DNA from: a virus
Direction: 5' to 3' (one strand)
Virus record (IMG/VR): IMGVR_UViG_3300043446_003702
Coordinates: 84,329 to 148,328 of that record
DNA length: 64,000 nucleotides
Below, piece by piece: positions 39,233 to 49,864 of the stretch (its first letter is position 1; every line of letters begins with the position of its first letter). The position numbers were made by a program, and so were the translations under genes. The notes beneath the pieces were generated by a model that was not told the DNA's origin, searched no databases, and was given only the letters and a program-made list of their open reading frames with translations.

Positions 39233-40705
39233 ATGAGTTCAGTCAAGCGTGTCAGTGGTGATTACACAATTGAAAGCGTCAATGCCACAGACGTTGTCAA
39301 CATAAATTCGCCCTTTGTCAATATCAACGGCAATCTCACTGTGAGTGGCAATGCTGTGCTGGTGGGCAACATCAATGCTGACAAGATTTTCAATGGCACA
39401 ACCAGCGTGGAAATCCCTGTAGCCAGCGGCAATGCCAATGTCACTGTGGGCGGTACATCCAATGTGGCAGTGTTTGCCACAACAGGTGTTTTTATAACTG
39501 GATTGGCCAGTGTCACTGGTAACGTACAAGGCGGCAACTTGCGCACTGCAGGGCTGATCTCTGCAACCGGCGCAGTAACTGGCAGCAATCTCAGTGCCAC
39601 TGGCAACATCATTGTCACACGAACCAGCAGCGCAACCAGTAATCCAATAATTCGATTCAATGACGCCAACACTGCTGTGACCACACTGGGTGCCAATATA
39701 GGTGGTGTTGAGTGGTTTACAAACGACAGTACCGGCGCAGGAGCCAGAGTAACAGCAAGAATTCGAGCAGTGTACGAAGATACCAACGGTAATGCCAACA
39801 TAGAGATTCAAACCGGCAGCACTGCCACACCCACTACAAGAATCACAGTGATTGGCAGTTCGGGCAACGTTGGCATTGCAAACTCAGCACCACTAGACAC
39901 ATTGGCTGTCACAGGTACCACATACATCAGTGGCAATGTGACCAGCGCAGCCAACATATCGGGTGCAAACTTGATCACAGGTGGCTTGGCCACTGTGACC
40001 GGCAACATTACCGGAGGCAATGTTCTCACTGCTGGTGTCATGAGCAGCACAGGCGATATCACTGGGGGCAACATCATTAGCCTAGGGGCTGTCAGCGCAG
40101 GTTCAGCAGGCATTACAGCCACAGGCAACGTGAGAGGCGGCAACGTCAACAGTGACAACTTGATTTCAGCAACCGGGAATGTCACTGGTGCCAACGTCAT
40201 TGCTGTGCAGAATATCAGCACCACAGGCAATGTGATCACTGCCAATATAAATGTCACTGGCAACAGCTACGGCAACGGTATTGGTGTAGAAAACATTGTA
40301 TGGCAACCCACCACAGTGGCATTCAACAGCTCAGTACAAGCCAATGTGGGTGTGTTGGGATTCTTGGCTCTGGCAGGTTATAGTTACAAATACGAAGCAT
40401 ATTTGCCTATATTGCCCGATGGTGGTACAACCACTGGATTCAGCACATACTTTGATGCAGGTACCTGTTACTACACTGTAGAAGCACAAACCACACAAAC
40501 AGCCGCATTTTCCACCAGTACCAGCAATGTGTCAGGTACAGCAGCGGCTACCCAGGTCATGACTGGAACCACGCCCAGAACCGTGAGAATTCAAGGCACA
40601 ATCTACAGTGCAGGTAACGCCAACTTGGCCATACAAGCACAGACCAGCGCAGCCAATATCAATATTCAATCAGGCGCCTATCTAACCTACACCAGAATCA
40701 GCTAA
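39233..40705 (+). CDS. Fibre-like virion protein with (A/V)TGN(I/V)TGGN repeats
   Basis: Asn/Gly/Thr repeats; GNVGIANSAP is a tail-fibre-like motif. Confidence 0.7.
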   Translation: MSSVKRVSGDYTIESVNATDVVNINSPFVNINGNLTVSGNAVLVGNINADKIFNGTTSVEIPVASGNANVTVGGTSNVAVFATTGVFITGLASVTGNVQGGNLRTAGLISATGAVTGSNLSATGNIIVTRTSSATSNPIIRFNDANTAVTTLGANIGGVEWFTNDSTGAGARVTARIRAVYEDTNGNANIEIQTGSTATPTTRITVIGSSGNVGIANSAPLDTLAVTGTTYISGNVTSAANISGANLITGGLATVTGNITGGNVLTAGVMSSTGDITGGNIISLGAVSAGSAGITATGNVRGGNVNSDNLISATGNVTGANVIAVQNISTTGNVITANINVTGNSYGNGIGVENIVWQPTTVAFNSSVQANVGVLGFLALAGYSYKYEAYLPILPDGGTTTGFSTYFDAGTCYYTVEAQTTQTAAFSTSTSNVSGTAAATQVMTGTTPRTVRIQGTIYSAGNANLAIQAQTSAANINIQSGAYLTYTRIS

Positions 40706-40755
40706 AACTGCAAACAAGTCCTTTTGGTAAATACACCAGAGGACATTGTAGATCT

Positions 40756-43700
40756 ATGGCACAACAGATTATTGACATTGGTGCAGCAGCAAATGACGGC
40801 ACTGGTGAACCGTTACGCGATGCATTTAACGCTGTAAATGAAAATTTCACTGAGATTTATACCGCTGGCCCTGTTGGCAGCAATGTTGTCATCTCTGGAA
40901 ACACCATCACAGTAACTGGTACCAACAACAACCTGGTACTGCGAGCCAATGGAATTGGCAATATCCAAGCAAATAGTTCAATCATGCCCAGTATTGATGC
41001 TGTGTATGATATTGGCGCCCCAACTCAACGAGTTGACACAGTCTATGCTGCCTATTTTGTAGGCAATGGTTCGGGCATTACCGGCATTACAACTGCTGGT
41101 ACCAGCATTGATTGGGGAACTAGCAATGTTAAAATTGTAAGTTCAGGTGGCAATGTCACAGTAAGTGTGGGCGGCACCAGCAATGTTGCTGTGTTTGGTG
41201 CAACTTCTTCAAATATACGAGCCAATTTGGCTGTGGGCAATCTTTCAACTGCGGGACAAATTTCCGCTACCAGTAATATCACAGGTGGCAACATCACAAC
41301 TGTGGGCTCGATCAGTGCCACAGGCAATGTTACAGGCAACTATATTTTTGGTAATGGTGCGCTGCTAACTGGTATCATTACCACAGTGGCCAATATCAAC
41401 AACGGCAACAGCAATGTAAGTATTTTAAATGCTGGCAGCAATGTCATAGTCAGCGTAAATGGCGTGTCAAACACAGTGGTGTTTGGACCAAGTGCCACAA
41501 CATTCTCAGGCAACATTGTTCCTGCAGCCAATAATGTATCCACACTGGGTACCAGTACACAACGATTTAAAAATATCTACCTGAGCGGCAACACAATCAC
41601 GCTTGGTGAGTCAACACTCACTGCTAATGCCGATGCCATAGTGTTGACCAATCCTGTTGGTGGTAGTTTTGTGGTACAAGGCACCAGTCAAAGTGACAGC
41701 ACTGCCATTACCAATGGCACCAGTAGAATGGCCATTCCTGTAGCCAATGCCAATGTGCAGATCAATGTAGGTGGAATTGCCAATGTGTTTGTGGTATCTA
41801 GCACTGGCATTCAAAGTGCTGGTAATATTCGGGCCAATAGTCAAATCAGTGCCGTTGGTAATATCATAACTGATGGATTCTTTGTGGGAACATTTGTTGG
41901 CAATGTCACTGGTAATATCAGTGTGCCAGGTGTCAACACACAAATACTTTACAATAACTTTGGCAATGCTGGTGCCAGTGCTGGATTTCGATTCAACAGT
42001 GTTGGTAATGTTCTCACACTCACTGGCAATGCTCAAGTTGGCAATGTCATAGCTACAGGCAATGTTTCTGGTGGATACATCTTAGGCAATGGCGCATTAC
42101 TCACCGGTATAGCTTCCAGTTACAGCAATGCCAATGTGGCAGTGTATTTGGCCAGCGGCACCAACACATCAAACATCATCACTACAGGCAACATTGCAGG
42201 CGGTAATTTATCTTTAACAGGTGCATTTGGTGCTGGTTCATTGAGCTCGTCAGGTAATGTCACTGGTGGGAATTTGCGCACTCTAGGTATTGTAAGTTCA
42301 GCAGGCAATATTGTCACTGATGGTTACTTTGTTGGTACTTTTGCAGGCAACATCACAGGTAATTTAACTGTACCGGGGTCAAACACACAGATCATTTATA
42401 ACAATGCTGGCAATGCTGGTGCCAGTGCTGGATTGAGATTTGACACAGCAGGTCCCAACTTGCTCACAGTCAATGGCAATATACAAACCATTGGCTTGTT
42501 GGCATCTGGCAATGTCTCAGCAGCCGGCAACATATTAGCAAACAATGTGGTCATAACTGGCCTGGTTAGTGCAGCAGGCAGCATATCAGCCACAGGCAAT
42601 GTCACCGGTGACAACATCAATACTGCTGGTCAAGTTGTGGCTACTGATACCATCGCTGGTGGTAATCTACTCACAGGTGGATTGATTTCGTCCACAGGTT
42701 CTATAACATCGGCAGCCAACATTACAGGTGCCAATGTCATTACTGCTGGGTCAGTCAGCGCCGGTGGTGATGTTAGTTTGGTAGGCAATGTGGATGGTGG
42801 AAATATTCGCGCAGTTGGTGTGGTCTCTGCAACTGGCAATGTCACCGGCAACAACATCAATGCTGTGGGATTGAGTCTCAGTGGCAATGTAATATCAGCA
42901 TTGAACAGCACAGCCGCTGTCAATACCACGGCCAACATCACAGGTGGTAATGTAAATGCAACAATCAATGTCAACGCCACAGGGGATATCAGCGCCACAG
43001 GCAATGTCACTGGTGCAAATCTCATTGGTACTTTAGCAACGGCTACACAACCAAATATCACTTCAGTTGGTACGTTAAGCAGCCTTTCAGTAACAGCCAA
43101 TGTTAATGGCGGGAACTTACGCACTACTGGTTCAATTAGTGCCACAGGCAATATCACTGGTGGCACTATCAATACCACATTAGTCAGCGCCACTGGCAAT
43201 GTATTGGCCAGTGTATTGAGCGCATCAGGAAATGTCACTGGTGGTAATTTAAATACAGCAGGTGCAGTAGTTGCAACTGGTAACGTAAACACTCTGGCCA
43301 ATGTCAACGGTGTCAACTTGGCCGCATCTGGATTGATCACAGCAGTAGGCAACATCTCTGGTGGCAACTTGATCACTGCCGGTGCAATAAGTGCTGCCAG
43401 TGTGAGTTCTTCGGGCAATATCACCGGCGGAAACATACTTGGCGGGGCAAATGTCAATGCAACCACACACACCGGTACCACAGTTTCAGTGACTGGCAAT
43501 ATCACTGGTGGTAATCTAAATGCTGCAGGATTGAGTTTGAGCAGCAACGTGGTTTCTGCTGTAAACGTTTCTGGCAATATTGCGGGCAGCAATGTCACTA
43601 CTCCGGGACTGATATCTGCAACTGGTAATATCACTGGCGGCAACATCATTTCTGTAGCAGCTATCAGTGCAGCCACTGTGACCACAACAGGCAATGCCAT

Positions 43701-45918
43701 TGTTGGTGGTGATTTAATTGTCAATGGAAATCTTAGTTACAACAACGTAACCAGTTTCAATGTTGAAGATCCAATCATCGGTTTGGGGCGCGGTGCCAAC
43801 AATACACCTTTGGTCAGCAACGATGGCAAAGATCGTGGTGAACAACTTTATTATTATGCAGCCAGCGAAAAATCTGCGTTTGTTGGCTACCAAAATAGCT
43901 CAGGTAACATCATTGCAGCCACAGATGTTAGTATTGCCAATGAAATAGTCACAGTCAACACTTATGGCACATTTGTAGTAGGCACCTTGGCAGGTACAGC
44001 AGTTTCAGTAACTGGTAATGTCACTGGCGGTAATATCAACACTGGGGGTGCAGTGTCAGCCACCGGTAATGTAACAGGTGGCAACATCAACACAGGGGCA
44101 CAAGTAGTGGCCACTGGCAATATAACTGGCAGTAATTTAAATGCTGCTGGATTGAGCCTAAGTTCAAATGTTGTGTCAGCATTCAATGTTACGAGCAATA
44201 TTGCTGGCGGCAATATCAAAACCCCTGGAATAATTTCTGCAGCAGGTAATATCACCGGCAACTACTTCATTGGCAACGGATCACAGCTGACTGGTGTCAT
44301 TGCTACTGGTATTGGTATACTGTCTAGTTTGAGTGTAACTGGCAATATCATCACTGGCAATTTGAGTTCTTTGGGTGCTGTCAGCGCAACCAGCAACATT
44401 GTTGGTGGCAATATCACTACGCCTGGACTGATATCTGCAACTGGCAATGTTACTGGTGGCAATATCATTTCTGTAGCGGTAGTCAGTGCCGCATCAGTGA
44501 GCACAACAGGCAATGTCACTGGAGGTAACCTTGTAACTGCTGGTGCCATAAGCGCCGCTTCAATTTCGGCAAGTGGCAACATCACCGGTGGTAATGTCTT
44601 GGGCGGTGCCAATGTCAATGCCACAACTCATACAGGTACCACAGTGTCAGTAACCGGTAATATCACCGGTGGTAATGTTTTGGGCGGTGCCAATGTCAAT
44701 GCCACAACTCATACAGGTACCACAGTGTCAGTAACCGGTAATATCACCGGTGGTAACATTGTAACTGCTGCTGCTGTGAGTGCTGCTTCGGTGTCGGCAT
44801 CGGGCAATGTCACAGGTGGCAATTTGGTCACTGGTGGAATTATCACAGCCACAGGCAACATTGTATCAGGTTCACTAATTTCAGCAGCGGGCAATGTGTC
44901 AGCCGCAGGCAATGTTTTTGCTCAATATGTTTTTGGTAATCTAGTCGGAAGTATAACTTTATCCAGTTCGGCCAACAGTCAGGTATTGTTTGATCAAAAT
45001 GGTGTCATTGCTGGTGACTCTGGATTGGTATTTGATTATGCAGCCAACGCACTCACAGTAGGCGGAGCCATAGTAACCACAAACGGTGGCGACCTGACTG
45101 TGGCTGGTTCAGCCACAGTTATTGGCAATATCTCAAGCACCATTGGTAATATTGGCGGCGGCAACATCCTGGCTACAACTTTGCTCAGTTCAGGCGGCAA
45201 CATCATAGGTGCCAACATTAACACAGCTGGTCTAATCAGTGCTACCGGTAACATAACTGGTGGTAATATCAGATCAGGCGGGTCGGCCAGCATCAGCGGC
45301 AACGTTATCAGTGGTAACTTGACCACAGGCGGTGTAGTAACAGCAACAGGTAATGTCACAGGTGGCAACATCAACACAGCAGGATTGGCCAGCGTTAGTG
45401 GTAATGTCATAGGTGGTAATTTAAGCACAGCCGGATTGATCACATCCACCGGTAATGTCACAGGTGGCAACATCAACACAGGGGCACAAGTAGTGGCCAC
45501 TGGCAATATAACCGGCGGCAACATACTCACTGCTGGTGTAATCTCGGCCACCGGCAACATCACCGGCGGCAACTTGAGTGGCACCAGCATTGTGGGCACA
45601 TTGACCACAGCGGCTCAAAACAACATCACTTCAGTGGGTACACTGAGCAGTTTGAGTGTAACGGGCAATGTAGATGGTGGCAATCTGCGCACCGCTGGCC
45701 TGATCAGTGTCACCGGCAATGTCACCGGCGGCAATTTGAACGCTGTGGGATTGAGTCTCAGTGGCAACGTGCTCAGCGCAATCAACATGACAGCAAATAT
45801 AACAACCACAGCCAACATCAGTGCCAACAATATCAACGCTACAACCGCGATAAATATCAACAACGCCAGGGTAGCAACCATAGATGACGCGGCTGCATTG
45901 GCAATAGCATTAGGATAA
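40756..45918 (+). CDS. Long fibre protein (1720 aa) with TGNITGGN repeats and chlorovirus glycoprotein-like repeats
   Basis: N-terminal IDIGAAANDGTGEPLRDAFNAVNENFTEIY (T4 gp9/10-like anchor), NYFIGNGSQLTG-type repeats and a C-terminal AAALAIALG. Confidence 0.8.
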   Translation: MAQQIIDIGAAANDGTGEPLRDAFNAVNENFTEIYTAGPVGSNVVISGNTITVTGTNNNLVLRANGIGNIQANSSIMPSIDAVYDIGAPTQRVDTVYAAYFVGNGSGITGITTAGTSIDWGTSNVKIVSSGGNVTVSVGGTSNVAVFGATSSNIRANLAVGNLSTAGQISATSNITGGNITTVGSISATGNVTGNYIFGNGALLTGIITTVANINNGNSNVSILNAGSNVIVSVNGVSNTVVFGPSATTFSGNIVPAANNVSTLGTSTQRFKNIYLSGNTITLGESTLTANADAIVLTNPVGGSFVVQGTSQSDSTAITNGTSRMAIPVANANVQINVGGIANVFVVSSTGIQSAGNIRANSQISAVGNIITDGFFVGTFVGNVTGNISVPGVNTQILYNNFGNAGASAGFRFNSVGNVLTLTGNAQVGNVIATGNVSGGYILGNGALLTGIASSYSNANVAVYLASGTNTSNIITTGNIAGGNLSLTGAFGAGSLSSSGNVTGGNLRTLGIVSSAGNIVTDGYFVGTFAGNITGNLTVPGSNTQIIYNNAGNAGASAGLRFDTAGPNLLTVNGNIQTIGLLASGNVSAAGNILANNVVITGLVSAAGSISATGNVTGDNINTAGQVVATDTIAGGNLLTGGLISSTGSITSAANITGANVITAGSVSAGGDVSLVGNVDGGNIRAVGVVSATGNVTGNNINAVGLSLSGNVISALNSTAAVNTTANITGGNVNATINVNATGDISATGNVTGANLIGTLATATQPNITSVGTLSSLSVTANVNGGNLRTTGSISATGNITGGTINTTLVSATGNVLASVLSASGNVTGGNLNTAGAVVATGNVNTLANVNGVNLAASGLITAVGNISGGNLITAGAISAASVSSSGNITGGNILGGANVNATTHTGTTVSVTGNITGGNLNAAGLSLSSNVVSAVNVSGNIAGSNVTTPGLISATGNITGGNIISVAAISAATVTTTGNAIVGGDLIVNGNLSYNNVTSFNVEDPIIGLGRGANNTPLVSNDGKDRGEQLYYYAASEKSAFVGYQNSSGNIIAATDVSIANEIVTVNTYGTFVVGTLAGTAVSVTGNVTGGNINTGGAVSATGNVTGGNINTGAQVVATGNITGSNLNAAGLSLSSNVVSAFNVTSNIAGGNIKTPGIISAAGNITGNYFIGNGSQLTGVIATGIGILSSLSVTGNIITGNLSSLGAVSATSNIVGGNITTPGLISATGNVTGGNIISVAVVSAASVSTTGNVTGGNLVTAGAISAASISASGNITGGNVLGGANVNATTHTGTTVSVTGNITGGNVLGGANVNATTHTGTTVSVTGNITGGNIVTAAAVSAASVSASGNVTGGNLVTGGIITATGNIVSGSLISAAGNVSAAGNVFAQYVFGNLVGSITLSSSANSQVLFDQNGVIAGDSGLVFDYAANALTVGGAIVTTNGGDLTVAGSATVIGNISSTIGNIGGGNILATTLLSSGGNIIGANINTAGLISATGNITGGNIRSGGSASISGNVISGNLTTGGVVTATGNVTGGNINTAGLASVSGNVIGGNLSTAGLITSTGNVTGGNINTGAQVVATGNITGGNILTAGVISATGNITGGNLSGTSIVGTLTTAAQNNITSVGTLSSLSVTGNVDGGNLRTAGLISVTGNVTGGNLNAVGLSLSGNVLSAINMTANITTTANISANNINATTAININNARVATIDDAAALAIALG
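44581..44756 (+). repeat. 81-bp in-frame tandem duplication within the fibre gene
   Basis: Units start at 44581, 44662 and (partial) 44743, with one mismatch between the full copies. Each encodes ITGGNVLGGANVNATTHTGTTVSVTGN. Confidence 0.9.
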
Positions 45919-45921
45919 CAA

Positions 45922-46254
45922 ATGGCAAATACCTTTACACGAAAAACTTCACAAAACATTGGCGCAACAGCTGATCAAATTGGGTCATATACAGTACCAG
46001 CAGCCACAACAACTATTGTGATTGGCTTGGTTTGTACCAATACAACAGGCAGTGCCATAACAGCCAACGTGTACCTGGCCAACGCAACAGCCAACACTTA
46101 CATAGTGGCCAATGCACCCATAAGTTCTGGCGCATCGCTGATTCCTGTGGGGGGTGATCAAAAGATAGTAATGATTACTGGGGACAAAATGTATGTGCAA
46201 AGCAGTGCCGCATCCAGCATTGATACAGTAATGAGCATAATGGAAATCACTTAA
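45922..46254 (+). CDS. Small virion/fibre-associated protein
   Basis: MANTF...YTVPAATTTIVIGL..N...KIVMITGDKMYV is typical of phage fibre clusters. Confidence 0.7.
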   Translation: MANTFTRKTSQNIGATADQIGSYTVPAATTTIVIGLVCTNTTGSAITANVYLANATANTYIVANAPISSGASLIPVGGDQKIVMITGDKMYVQSSAASSIDTVMSIMEIT

Positions 46255-49200
46255 TGTCATATCTAGGTCTTCAACCCAATACACCACTGCTGAATACCAG
46301 CACTCAATTTTTGAGTGGCAACGCAGTAGCAACCCAATTTACCCTGAGTAGATCAGTTGCCAGCGCCAGTGACATTGACGTCATGATCGGCAGCACGTTG
46401 AAGATTCCATTTACCGATTACACAGCTGGCAATGTCTCATTGCAATTTACCACACCACCAGCCGCTGGCAGCAACAACATCGCAGTCACATATCGAGCAG
46501 GGGCTCTAAATAGCCTTGATCTCACAGCATCAGTGTTCAATGCTGGCACAGCAGCAGCACCCAGTGTGGTAAGCCTAGCAGCCAACAACACTGGTTTATA
46601 CTGGGCCAATGCCAGTTCAATGAGTGTGACAGTGAGTGGCGCGGATCGTGTGACATTCAATGCCAATGCAACTTCAGTCAGCAATGTCACAGGTGCTGTG
46701 GTTGTATACGGCGGGGCTGGCATTGGCGGCAATATCACAGTGAGTGGAACAGCTAACATAACAGACACTACCGAAAGCAGTAGTATCACCACTGGCAGTT
46801 TTAAAACAGCAGGTGGCGCTGGCATTGTGGGCAACTTAAATGTGGGCGGAGACATCACTTGCGTAGGTGACTTTACTGTAAATGGAACATTTACCACCAC
46901 AGGGACAGACAGTTTGGCTGTTACTGATCCATTTATTTTCTTGGCACAAAATAATCCTGGCGATACCTATGATTCTGGAGTAATCTCACAGTATTTTGAT
47001 GGCGCCAACACTCGTTACACCGGCTATTTCCGCGACGTCACAGACGCAAAATATAAGTTGTTCACCAACTTGTTGACAGCGCCTACCACAACAGTTGACA
47101 CTACAGATCCCAGTTTTCAGTACACTGACTTGCAATTAGCCAATGTAAGTGCCACGGGCAATGTATCAGGTACATACTTTATTGGCAATGGCAGTCAACT
47201 CACAGGCATTGCCGGCCTTAGCAGCAGCAACATTTTTCTCGGCAACACATCAGTTGTAATTCCTGCCACCAACGGCAATGTCAATGCTGTAATCAACAGT
47301 GTGCAAATAGCCAACATTTGGTCAGGCGGAATCAGCGTAGTTGGCGCAGTGGCAGCCAGCACCACAGTGAGTGCTACTGGCAATATCACAGGTGGTAACC
47401 TACTTACTGGCGGGCTAATAAGTGCCACAGGCAACGTAACATCAGCAGCAAATGTGTCTGCCGCCAATGTAGTCACTGGAGGATTACTCACAGCCACTGG
47501 TAATGTCACAGGCGGTAATGTCAACACAGCAGGTGTAGTATCTGCAGGTGGCAATGTAAACGGTGGCAATGTTCGAACTGTTGGATTGATGTCAGCCACA
47601 GGCGATGTTTACGGCAACAATCTAATTGCTACTGCAAATATCAACGCCAGCTTAGATGTCAGCGCCACAGCCAATGTAGTTGGTGGAAACATATTGACTG
47701 GTGGAATGGTGTCTGCAACTGGCAACATCACAGGCGGCAATATTATTGGCACGCTGGTAAGCACTACACTGTCTGTCTCAGGGAACATCACCGGCGGTAA
47801 CATTATTGGTACAACAACAATAACAACAGCTGGAAATGTCACAGGTGGAAATTTAATTACCGCTAATTTAATACAAGGTGCTACACTAAGTGCCACAGGC
47901 GCTGTTACCTTCTCAGGCACAACTCAAAACATCAATCTTGGAAGCAGTCAAACCACTGGCAACGTGGTTATTGGTGCAGCCAGCCAAACTGGGTTTATTC
48001 AAATTGGTCAATCAACCGCCAGTCAAACGGTCAATATTGCCAATGGTGTCACAGGCACAGGCAACACCAAAGCTGTAAACATTGGCACTGGTGGAACAGC
48101 AGGTTCTACAACGACCATTGCCATTGGACCAGTCACAGCCACTACAGCCTCTGCCACAGCTACATTTAACTCAGCAACCTTGGTATCTATTGCCAACACT
48201 GGAGCATCAGCACTGAGTGTAGCCGGCAATGTTACGGGTGCAAATATCAACACTGGTGGAGCAATGTCGGCAACCGGCAGCATCACTGGCGGCAATTTGT
48301 TATTTGGATCAGGTCAGGTGTCTGGCACTGGCAATATCACAGGCGGAAATGTTTTGTATGGTGCAGGCATTGTGAGTGGTACCGGCAGTGTATTGGGCAG
48401 TGTTGTCAGCGCCAGCGGCAATGTCACTGGTGGCAATTTGTTATTTGGATCAGGTCAAGTATCCGGAACCGGCAATATATCAGGCGGCAATATACTCTCT
48501 GCTGGCATTGTAAGTGCAGTGGGCAATATCACTGCCAACGGTGTATCAAACATATCTGGCGGCAACATTATTGGCACACATGTGGGCAATGTGACTGGTG
48601 CTACCACAATATCAGCATCAGGCAACATCACTGGCGGTAATTTGAATGCTGCCGGTTTGAGTCTAAGTTCTAACGTGGTTTCGGCCTTGGCCACCACGGC
48701 CAATATCACAGGATCAAATATCATAGCCACAGCAGCCATGAGTGCTGCCAGCGTCAGTGCGTCGGGCAACATCACTGGGGGCAATGTGTTTGGTGGTGCC
48801 AATGTCAATGCCACAAGTTTAACTGGTACCACTGTGTCAGTGTCAGGCAACATCACTGGGGGCAATGTGTTGGGTGGTGCCAATGTCAATGCCACTACTC
48901 ATACTGGCGCCACTGTGTCAGTGTCAGGCAATATTAATGCGGCAAACGTAATTGTTAGTGGAACAGCCGCAGCAGGATCGGCTGTGTTGATTGTATCGGG
49001 CAACATTCAAACCACCGCAGCCAACAACACAGCCAACATTGGCAACGTTACAAATTACTTCAACACTGTGCACGCCAAAGCCACCACAGCACAGTACGCT
49101 GACTTGGCAGAATGGTATGAAGCAGATGCTGATTACAAACCAGGCACTGTGTTGATTTTTGGAGGTGATCGAGAAGTCACTGTGGCCACCCATGTGGCTG

Positions 49201-49469
49201 ATCAGCGAGTGGCCGGGGTGGTCAGTACCAATCCTGCACACATTATGAATTCGGGACTCAAAGCACAGCACGTTGCGGCAGTGGCTTTGACAGGTCGCGT
49301 TCCTACCGAAGTTGTGGGATCAGTAACCAAAGGCGATATGATGGTGTCAGCCGGCGGCGGTCGTGCCATGGCTTGTGCAGAACCACGAATTGGCACAGTG
49401 ATTGGCAAAGCCTTGCAGGATCATCCAGGTGGGACTGGCATAATTGAAATTGTTGTGGGAAGATTATAA
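46254..49469 (+). CDS. Fibre protein with TGNITGGN repeats and a C-terminal intramolecular-chaperone (peptidase G2-like) domain
   Basis: YADLAEWYEAD..YKPGTVLIFGG..EVT...VAGVVSTNPAHIMN...VALTGRVP...GTVIGKAL. Confidence 0.8.
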   Translation: MSYLGLQPNTPLLNTSTQFLSGNAVATQFTLSRSVASASDIDVMIGSTLKIPFTDYTAGNVSLQFTTPPAAGSNNIAVTYRAGALNSLDLTASVFNAGTAAAPSVVSLAANNTGLYWANASSMSVTVSGADRVTFNANATSVSNVTGAVVVYGGAGIGGNITVSGTANITDTTESSSITTGSFKTAGGAGIVGNLNVGGDITCVGDFTVNGTFTTTGTDSLAVTDPFIFLAQNNPGDTYDSGVISQYFDGANTRYTGYFRDVTDAKYKLFTNLLTAPTTTVDTTDPSFQYTDLQLANVSATGNVSGTYFIGNGSQLTGIAGLSSSNIFLGNTSVVIPATNGNVNAVINSVQIANIWSGGISVVGAVAASTTVSATGNITGGNLLTGGLISATGNVTSAANVSAANVVTGGLLTATGNVTGGNVNTAGVVSAGGNVNGGNVRTVGLMSATGDVYGNNLIATANINASLDVSATANVVGGNILTGGMVSATGNITGGNIIGTLVSTTLSVSGNITGGNIIGTTTITTAGNVTGGNLITANLIQGATLSATGAVTFSGTTQNINLGSSQTTGNVVIGAASQTGFIQIGQSTASQTVNIANGVTGTGNTKAVNIGTGGTAGSTTTIAIGPVTATTASATATFNSATLVSIANTGASALSVAGNVTGANINTGGAMSATGSITGGNLLFGSGQVSGTGNITGGNVLYGAGIVSGTGSVLGSVVSASGNVTGGNLLFGSGQVSGTGNISGGNILSAGIVSAVGNITANGVSNISGGNIIGTHVGNVTGATTISASGNITGGNLNAAGLSLSSNVVSALATTANITGSNIIATAAMSAASVSASGNITGGNVFGGANVNATSLTGTTVSVSGNITGGNVLGGANVNATTHTGATVSVSGNINAANVIVSGTAAAGSAVLIVSGNIQTTAANNTANIGNVTNYFNTVHAKATTAQYADLAEWYEADADYKPGTVLIFGGDREVTVATHVADQRVAGVVSTNPAHIMNSGLKAQHVAAVALTGRVPTEVVGSVTKGDMMVSAGGGRAMACAEPRIGTVIGKALQDHPGGTGIIEIVVGRL

Positions 49470-49861
49470 TGAGTTATTTAGGCAATTCACCGCAGATCGG
49501 GCAGTACCGTAAAATGGACAATCTCACCTTCAATGGGGTGACACAAACTTTTGCTATCACTATCAGTGGGGTGCCGTTTAACCCGCCTACTTCCTATGCC
49601 ATGATGGTGAGTTTGAACAACGTAATTCTCAATCCTGGGGTTGATTTTTCTATCTCTGGCAGCACTATTAGTTTTGCTTCGCCACCAGCAGCATTGACAC
49701 CTTTCTTTGGCTTGTTGTTCGGAGACACACTATATACAGGCACACCCAGCGATGCCACAGTTACCAACAGTAAAATTGCAGCAGGCACAATCAATTACGA
49801 CCGGTTCAGCACCAACACGCAGGCAACATTGACTGCGAATCAAATCATATTTGGAGTTTAA
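49469..49861 (+). CDS. Small fibre-associated structural protein
   Basis: MSYLGNSP...FNGVTQTF...VSLNNVILNPGVDFSISGSTISFASPP; the N-terminus resembles that of the upstream gene. Confidence 0.7.
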   Translation: MSYLGNSPQIGQYRKMDNLTFNGVTQTFAITISGVPFNPPTSYAMMVSLNNVILNPGVDFSISGSTISFASPPAALTPFFGLLFGDTLYTGTPSDATVTNSKIAAGTINYDRFSTNTQATLTANQIIFGV

Positions 49862-49864
49862 TAA

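Noticed and set aside
41052-48895. Many antisense ORFs (for example 42630-43724)
   Set aside because: They are shadows of the repetitive sense-strand codon usage (LPPVILPVA mirrors TGNITGGN).
39233-49469. Extensive short repeats as a CRISPR or guide-RNA array
   Set aside because: The repeats are in frame, vary at synonymous positions and encode fibre repeats; there is no repeat-spacer architecture.
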